From an uncultured Gemmatimonadaceae bacterium (GTDB lineage Bacteria; Gemmatimonadota; Gemmatimonadetes; Gemmatimonadales; Gemmatimonadaceae), in the NCBI GenBank assembly GCA_963740355.1, contig CAVUDW010000002.1, positions 928,001-992,000 of the forward strand: a stretch of 64,000 bases of DNA. The letters are read 5' to 3'. The translations under genes and the position numbers were made by a program. Below the pieces are notes generated by a model. That model saw only the letters and a program-made list of their open reading frames with translations, did no database searches and was not told the DNA's origin. Positions 16,752 to 25,273 of the stretch are shown piece after piece (position 1 is the stretch's first letter; every line of letters begins with the position of its first letter).

Positions 16752-18238
16752 TGCGCTCCGTTCTCGCGCTCGACCAGGGCACCACCGGATCGACAGCACT
16801 CGTGATCTCGGCCGACGGCCGTGTGCTCGGTCGCGGCTATCGTGAGTTCGCGCAGCATTTCCCGCAGCCGGGCTGGGTGGAACACGAACCCGCCGACTTG
16901 CTGCGCGCCACGCTCGATGCCGCGCGCGAGGCCCTCGCCGCGGCATCGGTGACGCCGGAATGCATAGGTATCACCAATCAGCGGGAGACGGTGGTGGTGT
17001 GGGACAAGGCGACCGGTGTGCCCGTGCATCGCGCAATCGTCTGGCAGGACCGTCGCACGGCCGATCGCTGTGTTGCACTGGCTGGCTCGAAGGACTTCAT
17101 CGCGCAACGCACCGGGCTGGTGCTGGACGCGTATTTCAGCGCCACCAAGATCGAATGGCTGCTGCGAAGCAACGGTGGCCTGATGAAGCGCGCGATCAAT
17201 GGCGAACTGCTGGCGGGCACGGTGGACAGCTGGCTCATCTGGCAGCTGACCGATGGCGCGGTGCACGCCACCGATCCCACCAATGCCAGCCGCACGATGT
17301 TGTACGACATCGACAAACACGCGTGGAGTGACGAACTCTGCGAGTTGTTCGGCGTACCGAAGCAGATGCTGCCCGAGGTGCGCACGTCGCGCGGCGACTT
17401 CGGTGTGGCCAGCGCTCGCCATCTTGGCGTGGCACTGCCGATCACCGGTGTGGCCGGCGATCAGCAATCGGCGTTGTTCGGGCAAGGATGCGTGGCGCCT
17501 GGTGAGGCCAAGAACACCTACGGCACCGGCGCGTTCATGCTGATGAACACAGGCACCAAGCGCCCCAGCCGTGGCGACGGACTGCTGACCACGATCGCCT
17601 GTGATGCCGATGGCGGTCCGTGCTACGCACTCGAGGCCGCGATCTTCATCGCCGGTGCGGCTGTGCAGTGGATTCGGGATGGACTGGGCCTGATCTCGAC
17701 GGCGGCCGAGACCGAGGCCATGGCCAGCGGCCTCTCCTCGAACGACGGCGTCTACTTCGTGCCTGCGCTGACCGGGCTGGGGGCGCCGCATTGGGAAGCT
17801 GAGGCGCGTGGCACGCTGCTTGGGCTGACGCGCGGGACCACCCGTGCGCACATCGTCCGGGCCGCACTGGAGGCGATGGCGTTCGGGACTGCCGACGTGA
17901 TGCAATCGATGCAGACCCGCAGCGGGGTCGTGCTCGACGCCCTCCGGGTCGACGGCGGGGCGGCCAACAACGGCTGGCTGATGCAGTTTCAGGCGGATGT
18001 GCTAGGGGTCCCAGTCGAGAAGCCGGCGATGGTGGAGACCACCGCGCTTGGCGCCGCGGGGCTGGCGGGCCTGCATACGGGCGTCTGGACCTCGGCGACC
18101 GAGTTCCGGGCGGCGCAGCGCGTGTCGGTGGTGACACCCGGTGCCGGCGCGGCCGATGCACGGACCGCCTACATCGGGTGGCACCGCGCCGTGCGCGCCG
18201 CGCTGGGCTGGGCGCGTGACGAGGCACGCGCCCAGTGA
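16751..18238 (+). CDS. glpK: Glycerol kinase
   Basis: DQGTTGS, ITNQRET, WQDRRT, YFSATK, TNASRT, GDQQSALFGQ, KNTYGTG. Translationally coupled to mtnA (TGATG). Confidence 0.93.
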   Translation: MRSVLALDQGTTGSTALVISADGRVLGRGYREFAQHFPQPGWVEHEPADLLRATLDAAREALAAASVTPECIGITNQRETVVVWDKATGVPVHRAIVWQDRRTADRCVALAGSKDFIAQRTGLVLDAYFSATKIEWLLRSNGGLMKRAINGELLAGTVDSWLIWQLTDGAVHATDPTNASRTMLYDIDKHAWSDELCELFGVPKQMLPEVRTSRGDFGVASARHLGVALPITGVAGDQQSALFGQGCVAPGEAKNTYGTGAFMLMNTGTKRPSRGDGLLTTIACDADGGPCYALEAAIFIAGAAVQWIRDGLGLISTAAETEAMASGLSSNDGVYFVPALTGLGAPHWEAEARGTLLGLTRGTTRAHIVRAALEAMAFGTADVMQSMQTRSGVVLDALRVDGGAANNGWLMQFQADVLGVPVEKPAMVETTALGAAGLAGLHTGVWTSATEFRAAQRVSVVTPGAGAADARTAYIGWHRAVRAALGWARDEARAQ

Positions 18239-18244
18239 CGATCG

Positions 18245-18604
18245 CTACGGCCTGACGTTGAAGCGGGCCTGATACACCGTCGTGTCGCTCGGACCGAATA
18301 CGACGCGACGGTTATCGCTTTGCTGGAACTCGAACTCGCCGTTCACCGTGAACTTCACTTCGGTCTGCAGGTAGCCGGTGTGGTACGTCACCGCCACGCG
18401 GAAGAGCGAATCCTTCATGACCTGCGTCATCGCGAGGTCCTGACTCCACTGCAGCGGCTTGTCGCCGCCGCGCACACCAACCGTGCGCACGTTCGGGATG
18501 CCGCTGACATCGATCATGTAGACGACGGTCTTGTCGTAGGCGGGCTGCACGCACGCGGTGAGCATGGAGAGCGCGGCGACAGGAACAAGGCAGCGGCGCA
18601 TCAC
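18245..18604 (-). CDS. Small lipoprotein with beta-sandwich (CBM20/48-like) domain
   Basis: Lipobox LTAC. VGVRGGDKPLQW...EVKFTVNGEFE...NRRV resembles CBM20-like folds. Overlaps the DoxX stop. Confidence 0.6.
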   Translation of the reverse strand: MMRRCLVPVAALSMLTACVQPAYDKTVVYMIDVSGIPNVRTVGVRGGDKPLQWSQDLAMTQVMKDSLFRVAVTYHTGYLQTEVKFTVNGEFEFQQSDNRRVVFGPSDTTVYQARFNVRP

Positions 18605-19086
18605 CGGGCCCTCGAGGTCAGGAGGGCGTCAACGCTGAAGCGGCCCGCGCCAAGCACCAGTGAGTAAAGGCCGACCCACAGGAAACCGGTGGCCGGGAGC
18701 ATGCTCCACATGCCGTTATTCCACTGCTGCCCGAAGACGGCCACCAGCATGGTGCCGGCGATCAGCAGTCCGGTGATCCGGGTCTGGAAGCCGAGCATCA
18801 AGAGAATTCCGCCAATCCCTTCGCTGGCAGCACCGATCCACGCGAACGTCCCTGGCATCAGCGCGAACGGGCCGCCAAAGGCGCTGACGTCGTTCGGAAA
18901 CCAGTACGCGACCTCGAAAAGTCGAAGGTTGTTTTCCGGCGGAGACCAGGGGAGTCCGAACTTGGGAGCCCCGAATTCCTTGGTCAGCAGGTACCCGCAG
19001 ATCAGTCTCGGGATGAGGATCAGGATGTCGGCGGTCCAGTGCGGGAGCGGGGCGGGGCGGGTCAGGCGGGTCAGCCAGCGGGTCAC
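18601..19086 (-). CDS. DoxX family membrane protein
   Basis: RLICG...E(G)IGGILLMLGFQTR...LGAGRFSVDA DoxX pattern. Start placed at GTG 19086. Confidence 0.8.
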   Translation of the reverse strand: MTRWLTRLTRPAPLPHWTADILILIPRLICGYLLTKEFGAPKFGLPWSPPENNLRLFEVAYWFPNDVSAFGGPFALMPGTFAWIGAASEGIGGILLMLGFQTRITGLLIAGTMLVAVFGQQWNNGMWSMLPATGFLWVGLYSLVLGAGRFSVDALLTSRAR

Positions 19087-19321
19087 GTTCGGGGGGGTAG
19101 GGGCGGAGGCAGCTTGCCGACCTCTGGTCGAAGAGGCGATGAACGCATGAGTGTGCTGGTTGGTTCGGGCGTGCCCTTCGATTGGATGCACCGCTGGCGG
19201 CCCTGCGGTCGCTATCCGCGAGGGGAACGGCGCGTCCTGCGGCAACGGCGCCAACGTGTAACCGGCGTCCGCGCCGTTCGAGCGTCTCGCCGGAGGGGAG
19301 AACAGGGGTATATTCCCCGTA

Positions 19322-19582
19322 TTGGTCGGAACCCCGATCTACCGGCTCAGGTACACGGACGTCATTGGAGAACTGGTCATTTCGACACCCGAACAGGCTG
19401 GCGACCGGAGGGCGAATCTCGTCCTTCGTGCGCTCATCGACGAGATGCTGGAGCGGGTTCGCGGGTTGAACGCCAGCCCGTCCACGATGACCACCGATGA
19501 ACGGGCGCGCGCCGAAGCGGAGCTCGAATCCATCATGGCACGAGTACGCCGGTATGCGGCGTTGCGTGACCAGCAGCAGTAA
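19322..19582 (+). CDS. Small helical hypothetical protein
   Basis: Coding-like amphipathic helical ORF filling the gap before ccmE. Start uncertain. Confidence 0.55.
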   Translation: MVGTPIYRLRYTDVIGELVISTPEQAGDRRANLVLRALIDEMLERVRGLNASPSTMTTDERARAEAELESIMARVRRYAALRDQQQ

Positions 19583-19654
19583 CGCCGGAACCTCACAGGG
19601 GCGAACACGCGCGACCCGCGCGACCAACCCCACTTCAGCACCTCGGTTGGCCTC

Positions 19655-20134
19655 ATGAATACGCGCTCGAAGTTTATGCTTGGCGGCTTGGTGATTCTCG
19701 GCACGGCCAGTTTCCTGGCCGCCAAGAGCACCGCCGCCACCGCGCAGTTCTACCTCACGCCGCATGAGTTGGCGGAGCGACTGAAGAAGGACGACTCGTT
19801 CCGCGAAAACGGAATGAAGGTCGGCGGTCGCGTGGTGCCGGGTACGATCGTCCGCGCGCCGGGCAACAAGGAAGTCCGCTTCGTCATGCGTGACACCATG
19901 CCCAACAGCGACGCCCGCTTCACCGTGGTCTACAAGGGCATCATTCCCGACACCTTCACCGATAGCGTGGATGTGGTGGTGGAAGGGAAGCTGGATGCCG
20001 GCAACACCTTCCAGGCCACCACGCTGCTGGCCAAGTGTGCGTCGCGGTATGAGAACGCGCCTGGCAAGCCTGGCGCCGCCGGCGAACATCCGGCTGGTGT
20101 TCCCAAGGGCCCGAGCGCGGCACCGCAGACGTGA
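19655..20134 (+). CDS. ccmE: Cytochrome c maturation heme chaperone CcmE (Cys variant)
   Basis: N-terminal TM, GGRVVPGTI, YKGIIPDTF, VVVEG, LLAKCASRY (CxxxY). Confidence 0.9.
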   Translation: MNTRSKFMLGGLVILGTASFLAAKSTAATAQFYLTPHELAERLKKDDSFRENGMKVGGRVVPGTIVRAPGNKEVRFVMRDTMPNSDARFTVVYKGIIPDTFTDSVDVVVEGKLDAGNTFQATTLLAKCASRYENAPGKPGAAGEHPAGVPKGPSAAPQT

Positions 20135-22170
20135 TTCTTCTCGGAGAGTTGTCGCTCTGGGTGGCGTTGTTGATGGCCATCTGGATGACGACGGTGAGCT
20201 ATGCGGGTGGAGGCACCCGCCGCAGTGAGTTGGTGATGAGCGGACAGCGCGCGACCTACGCAACGCTCTTCTTCGTCGTGATGGCCAGCATCGGCCTCTG
20301 GACCGCGCTGTTCACGCACGACTTCTCGCTCAAGTTCGTCGCCAGCTACACCAGTGCGAACCTGCCCAAGGTCTACCTGTTCAGCGCCTTCTGGGCCGGA
20401 CAATCGGGCTCGATGCTGTTCTGGGCCCTGATCCTCGCAAGTTTCAGTGCGATCGCAGTCTTCTCGAATCGTGCGAAGAATCGTGAGCTGATGCCGTGGG
20501 TGACGGGCACGCTGGGCGTGATCCTGATCTTCTTCATCGGCACCATCATCTTCGCCGCCAATCCCTACGAACGGCTGGATTGGGTGCCGCCTGATGGCCG
20601 CGGCATGAATCCGCAGTTGCAGAATCCCGGGATGGCCATTCACCCGCCGATGCTCTATCTCGGCTGGGTCGGAACCGCGATTCCGTTCGCCTTCGCGATC
20701 GGTGCGCTCGTCACCCGTCGCCTCGACACCGACTGGCTGGCGGCGATTCGTCGCTGGAGCCTGATCAGCTGGTTCTTCCTCACCATCGGGCTGGTGCTCG
20801 GCATGTGGTGGGCGTACGTGGAACTGGGCTGGGGCGGTTACTGGGCGTGGGATCCGGTCGAGAATGCACCGCTCACGTCATGGCTCTGCCAGACGGCATT
20901 CCTGCACTCGATCATGATCCAGGAAAAGCGCGGCATGCTGCGCAAGTGGAACGTCACGCTGGTGGTGGCGGCCTTCCTGCTCAGTATCCTCGGCACTTTC
21001 CTCACGCGCAGTGGTGTGATCGAGAGTGTGCACAGCTTTGCCCAAAGCCCGATCGGCAACTACTTCTCGACGTTCCTGATCCTGATCTTCGTGGTGACGA
21101 CCATCCTCGTGATGACGCGCCTCAAGGACATGGAAGCGAAGGCACAGCTCGAGAGCATGGTCAGTCGCGAGGCGGCGTTCCTCTACAACAATCTCGTCCT
21201 CGTCGGCATTGCGTTCAGTGTGCTCTGGGGCACGCTTTTCCCGATCATCAGCGAGGCGGTACGCGGCACGAAGATCACCGTCGGCCCACCGTTCTTCAAT
21301 TCGGTGAATGTGCCGCTCGGTCTCGGCCTGCTGGCGCTCACGGGCATCGGGCCACTGATCGCCTGGCGTCGCGCGAGCATCGAGAACGTACGTCGCCAGT
21401 TCTTCTTCCCGGTGATCGCCGGGTTGGTGACGGGTGGCGTGTTGATGGCGCTTGGGATGCGCTCGTTCTACCCGATCGTGGCTTACATCCTGGTCGGATT
21501 CGTGGTCGGCACGATCTCGCAGGAGTTCTTCAAGGGCACGCGCGCGCGGATGCGCATGTACGCCGAGAATGTCGTGCTGGCGTCGTTGCGCCTGATCGGC
21601 AACAATCGCCGACGCTACGGCGGCTACATCGTGCACCTCGGTGTGGCGATGATCTTCGCGGCGTTTGCCGGCTTCGCATTCAAGAAGGAATTCGACATTT
21701 CGCTGAAGTCGGGCGAGGTGTTCAAGGCCACCGATCCATTCGGCCACAACTGGACGTTCACCAGCCAGGGCGTGAGTGAGTTCAAGCGCCTCAATCGCTA
21801 CGTCACGGCCGTTGGCCTTGCAGTGACCCGCGATGGCAAGCCGATGCCGCTGCTGAGCAGCGAGAAGCGTCAGCACGTGGACAGCAACGACCAGCCGACG
21901 TTCGAGCCGAGCACTGAGGTCGGCTTGTACGAGACCGCGATGCAGGACACGTATCTCGTCTTCAGCGGCATGATCGGGCCGGACCAGGCAGAGATGCGCC
22001 TGAGCTTCAACCCGCTCGTCTGGTGGGTCTGGTACGGCGGCATGGTGATGGCCATCGGTGGCCTGATCGTGATGTGGCCACAGGCCGAGAAGAAGCGCCA
22101 GGGCGGCTACGTGACGGTGTTGACGCCCGGGGCAGAGACGCTCGCTCCGGCGGGCGTGGGAGCGCCGTGA
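20131..22170 (+). CDS. ccmF: Cytochrome c heme lyase CcmF
   Basis: GMNPQLQ, IHPPMLYLG, WAYVELGWGGYWAWDPVEN, RSGVIESVHSFA. Confidence 0.96.
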   Translation: MILLGELSLWVALLMAIWMTTVSYAGGGTRRSELVMSGQRATYATLFFVVMASIGLWTALFTHDFSLKFVASYTSANLPKVYLFSAFWAGQSGSMLFWALILASFSAIAVFSNRAKNRELMPWVTGTLGVILIFFIGTIIFAANPYERLDWVPPDGRGMNPQLQNPGMAIHPPMLYLGWVGTAIPFAFAIGALVTRRLDTDWLAAIRRWSLISWFFLTIGLVLGMWWAYVELGWGGYWAWDPVENAPLTSWLCQTAFLHSIMIQEKRGMLRKWNVTLVVAAFLLSILGTFLTRSGVIESVHSFAQSPIGNYFSTFLILIFVVTTILVMTRLKDMEAKAQLESMVSREAAFLYNNLVLVGIAFSVLWGTLFPIISEAVRGTKITVGPPFFNSVNVPLGLGLLALTGIGPLIAWRRASIENVRRQFFFPVIAGLVTGGVLMALGMRSFYPIVAYILVGFVVGTISQEFFKGTRARMRMYAENVVLASLRLIGNNRRRYGGYIVHLGVAMIFAAFAGFAFKKEFDISLKSGEVFKATDPFGHNWTFTSQGVSEFKRLNRYVTAVGLAVTRDGKPMPLLSSEKRQHVDSNDQPTFEPSTEVGLYETAMQDTYLVFSGMIGPDQAEMRLSFNPLVWWVWYGGMVMAIGGLIVMWPQAEKKRQGGYVTVLTPGAETLAPAGVGAP

Positions 22171-22802
22171 TGTCCGATCGTGCTACGCGCAGGGATTTCC
22201 TGCGCGCCGGTGGTGCGCTGGCTGCGAGTGTCATGCTCGCTCCGCGGCTCCGCGCGCAGGAGCAGCAGGCGGGACAAGCACAGGGTGCCGCGAACATCGA
22301 GATGCCGACCACGGCGTACAAGCCGGTGTCGTTGCCGAAGAAAGTCGGTGCCAAGCCTCTCGTGGCCCAGCTGCAGCGGGATGAGCTGGAACGTGGCCTC
22401 AAGTGTGCCTGTCCCTGCAAGCTGGATGTGTTCACCTGTCGCACCACCGACTTCCAGTGTGGCATCAGCCCAGCCATGCATTCGGATGTGGTGCGGTTGA
22501 TCGAAGGTGGGTACAGCGCTGACGAGATCGTGGCCGCGTTCACCACGGTGTACGGCGAACGGGTGTTGATGGCGCCAGTCAAGGAAGGCTTCAACATCGC
22601 GGGCTATGTGGTGCCGTTCATCACGCTCGGCATCGGCGCAACGATGCTGGTCGCGCTGCTGCGCCGCTGGAAGCGCGAGACGGACGCTGCTACTCCAGCC
22701 GTGGCCTCGAAGTCGGTACTCCCCATCGACGGCGGCGCGCCCGCCGCGACCGATGAAGAATTGCGGCGCCTTGAAGCCGCGGTGCGCGGCACGACTCGAT
22801 GA
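22170..22802 (+). CDS. ccmH: CcmH-like protein with twin-arginine signal peptide
   Basis: ATG 22170 overlaps the ccmF stop. TRRDFL motif, LKCACPC...C...C cluster, GYSADEIV...YGERVLMAP CcmH signature, C-terminal TM. Confidence 0.8.
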   Translation: MSDRATRRDFLRAGGALAASVMLAPRLRAQEQQAGQAQGAANIEMPTTAYKPVSLPKKVGAKPLVAQLQRDELERGLKCACPCKLDVFTCRTTDFQCGISPAMHSDVVRLIEGGYSADEIVAAFTTVYGERVLMAPVKEGFNIAGYVVPFITLGIGATMLVALLRRWKRETDAATPAVASKSVLPIDGGAPAATDEELRRLEAAVRGTTR

Positions 22803-23344
22803 ACGAATTGCTTTCCAGCAGCAGCGCCCCGTTCATCGTCGGCATTGCGCTGGCCCTGATCGCACTCGCGATCGTGCTGGCGCCGATGTTCAGCGATGAA
22901 CCTCCGGCGGAAATTCGCGCGGAGCACCGCACCACGCCGAAGCTCGAGATCGATGACGAACCGGTGCCGGGCTCCGCGATTGAAGCCCTGCGCGAAATCG
23001 AGTTCGATCGCGCGACAGGCAAGTTGTCGGATGACGATTACGACGGCATGAAGGCGAAGTACACCGTGCAGGCGCTGGTCGAACTGCGCGAGCAGGACGC
23101 GGCCTCGGAGCGCGGCGGTACTGCGGTTGGTGTGGCCCCGGCGGATGTCGCTGAGCGCTTGGTGAAGAAGTACCGGCCAGGGTCGACCATCTGCCACACG
23201 CACGGCCTGCGGCCCGAATCGGACGCGTTGTTCTGTTCAGAGTGTGGCGCATTCCTGCCTGGGAAGTGCGAGCAGTGCGGCACCGCGGTAACTGCGGCTG
23301 GCGCCCATTTCTGCACCGGCTGCGGGCACGTGCTGGCTGCGTAG
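22799..23344 (+). CDS. Ccm-associated membrane protein with double zinc ribbon (CcmI-like N-terminus)
   Basis: TM, ALREIEFDRATGKLSDDDY, then CHTH/CSEC/CEQC/CTGC motifs. Confidence 0.75.
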   Translation: MNELLSSSSAPFIVGIALALIALAIVLAPMFSDEPPAEIRAEHRTTPKLEIDDEPVPGSAIEALREIEFDRATGKLSDDDYDGMKAKYTVQALVELREQDAASERGGTAVGVAPADVAERLVKKYRPGSTICHTHGLRPESDALFCSECGAFLPGKCEQCGTAVTAAGAHFCTGCGHVLAA

Positions 23345-23361
23345 TTTCGGCCGCGCGGCCT

Positions 23362-24588
23362 TCAAGCGCGCAACGCAGCCGATTCGGCCTCGGGCAGTTG
23401 CACCGTCAGCCAGAGCAGTGCGGCCACGAACGCCACCGCTGCCCAGAACGTCAGTGTGCCGTTCCATCCCCACGCCGCTGACATCCGTGGCACCAGCCAG
23501 ATCGACAGCACACCACCGAGGTTGCCCATCAGGTTGAGCAACCCGGCTGATGCGCCAGGATTGGCGGCGCCGATCACCGTCGCCGTGGTAAAGAACGGCG
23601 CCTCGGCGCCATTTAGGCAGGCTGAAGAGAGGCTGAGGGCCGCGATCGCCAGGAATGCACTCGGCACCGCCGCGCCGGTGAGCGCGAAGACGGTTGACCC
23701 GAGCAGGCAGGCCATCGCCACGCGTCGACGTGCGACGGTGCCACCAACGCGTCGCCCAAGGCGGTCAGCCATCGCGCCGATGATCGGTGCGCAGACGAAA
23801 CCGGCAATGCTCGGCAGGCTTGCCCACACACCGCTCGCCAGTACGGTGAATCCACGTCCCTCCGTGAGGTAGCGGAAGAACCAGAACACGAACACGAAAT
23901 ACACGGCCGAGTGCAGCAGGTAGGCGAGCGAGAGCCGCCGCAGGTTCGATTCGCGCATCAGCAGCGCGGTGCTGCGCAGTTGTGCGGCGAAGGACGAAAC
24001 CGCGACGCCCGCTGCGGGTTTGGTCGGGCGCGGCATCAATGCCAGGCACGTGACTGCGGCGGTCGCACCAAGGATCCCACTCAGCACGAAGACCGCGCGC
24101 CACCCGAACTGCTCCATCACCGGCGCCATCATCAGCGGTGCGACGGCTGCGCCGAGCGACGCCGATGAGATGTAGAACGCGTTTGCGCGCACGCGGCTTT
24201 CACTTGCGACGTATTGGCTGACGGCCATCGCGGCGACAGGGAAGACCGCTGCTTGCGAAATGCCCAGCAAGATCCGTGTGGCGACGAGTATTGCGGACGC
24301 ACCCGACAACGGCATCAGGCCGGTGGTCAGTGACGCAATGCTGCAGCCGAGCAGTGCCAGCGCGAGGGTCGTGCGTGCACCGAAGCGTTCACCGAAAAGC
24401 CCGGCCGGTACCTGCAGCAGCGCGTAGCTGAGCTGAAACCCCCAGGCCGTGATGACGCCCATGTCGGCCATGGTGAGCCCGAGCGCGGGCGCCATGCGCT
24501 CCTGCGCCACTGCGACATCGGCTCGGACCAGGTACGCGACGCCGGACGCGAGACAAAGCAGGGCGACCACACGCCAGTTGTTCTTCAC
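23362..24588 (-). CDS. MFS transporter
   Basis: About 12 hydrophobic segments, motif A (GLFGERFGAR; GAMADRLGRR), FGWRAVF. Confidence 0.9.
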   Translation of the reverse strand: MKNNWRVVALLCLASGVAYLVRADVAVAQERMAPALGLTMADMGVITAWGFQLSYALLQVPAGLFGERFGARTTLALALLGCSIASLTTGLMPLSGASAILVATRILLGISQAAVFPVAAMAVSQYVASESRVRANAFYISSASLGAAVAPLMMAPVMEQFGWRAVFVLSGILGATAAVTCLALMPRPTKPAAGVAVSSFAAQLRSTALLMRESNLRRLSLAYLLHSAVYFVFVFWFFRYLTEGRGFTVLASGVWASLPSIAGFVCAPIIGAMADRLGRRVGGTVARRRVAMACLLGSTVFALTGAAVPSAFLAIAALSLSSACLNGAEAPFFTTATVIGAANPGASAGLLNLMGNLGGVLSIWLVPRMSAAWGWNGTLTFWAAVAFVAALLWLTVQLPEAESAALRA

Positions 24589-24680
24589 GCAGTGTTGTGC
24601 CGTGGGATGGATGGCGGAGCCCGCTGGCGTGCCCGGGAAGAGTGCCGCGTGGGGCTGCGCAACGCCAGTAGCTTTCGTTC

Positions 24681-25205
24681 ATGACACTTCCTGCCGGCAC
24701 TTCAGAGCATCGCGACGCGGCCGCGCGCCGCGCACCAGTGCGCGTTGCCGTCGTCGTGGTCTCCGACAAGCGCACGCTCGCGACCGACGAATCGGGGCCG
24801 CTGGCGCGTCGGTTGCTGACCGAGGCGGGCCACGACGTGACTGATTTTGCGTTGCTGCCGAACGACGAAGGAAACACGCGTGCACATGTCGCACGCCTGC
24901 TCGCGCGTGAGGATGTCGATGCGGTGATCCTTTGCGGTGGTACGGGTCTGGGCGCGAAGGATCGTACGGTCGAAGCGGTGCGCCCGCTGATCGAGAAGGA
25001 ATTGCCCGGCTTTGGCGAGCTATTCCGAATGCTCTCGTACCAGCACCAGATCGGTACCTCGTCCATCCTCACGCGCGCGCTGGCGGGCGGCGTGAGTGGC
25101 AAGCTGATTGTCTCGCTTCCGGGATCGAAGGCGGCCGTCGACCTCGCGCTGAACATGGTGCTGCTGCCGGAGCTGCAGCACCTGATGCACGAGCTGCGAC
25201 GCTGA
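24681..25205 (+). CDS. moaB: Molybdenum cofactor biosynthesis protein MoaB/MogA
   Basis: VSDKR...DESG, GGTGLGAKDRT, LPGFGELFR, SLPGS. Confidence 0.9.
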   Translation: MTLPAGTSEHRDAAARRAPVRVAVVVVSDKRTLATDESGPLARRLLTEAGHDVTDFALLPNDEGNTRAHVARLLAREDVDAVILCGGTGLGAKDRTVEAVRPLIEKELPGFGELFRMLSYQHQIGTSSILTRALAGGVSGKLIVSLPGSKAAVDLALNMVLLPELQHLMHELRR

Positions 25206-25228
25206 ACGTCGCGATGCAGTAGCACACA

Positions 25229-25264
25229 CCCGAGTGCGCACGGCCAGCATCGTGCGCACTCGGG
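25229..25264. terminator. Hairpin between convergent genes (likely bidirectional terminator)
   Basis: Perfect 14-bp inverted repeat CCCGAGTGCGCACG / CGTGCGCACTCGGG. Confidence 0.65.
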
Positions 25265-25273
25265 CAAGCGTCG

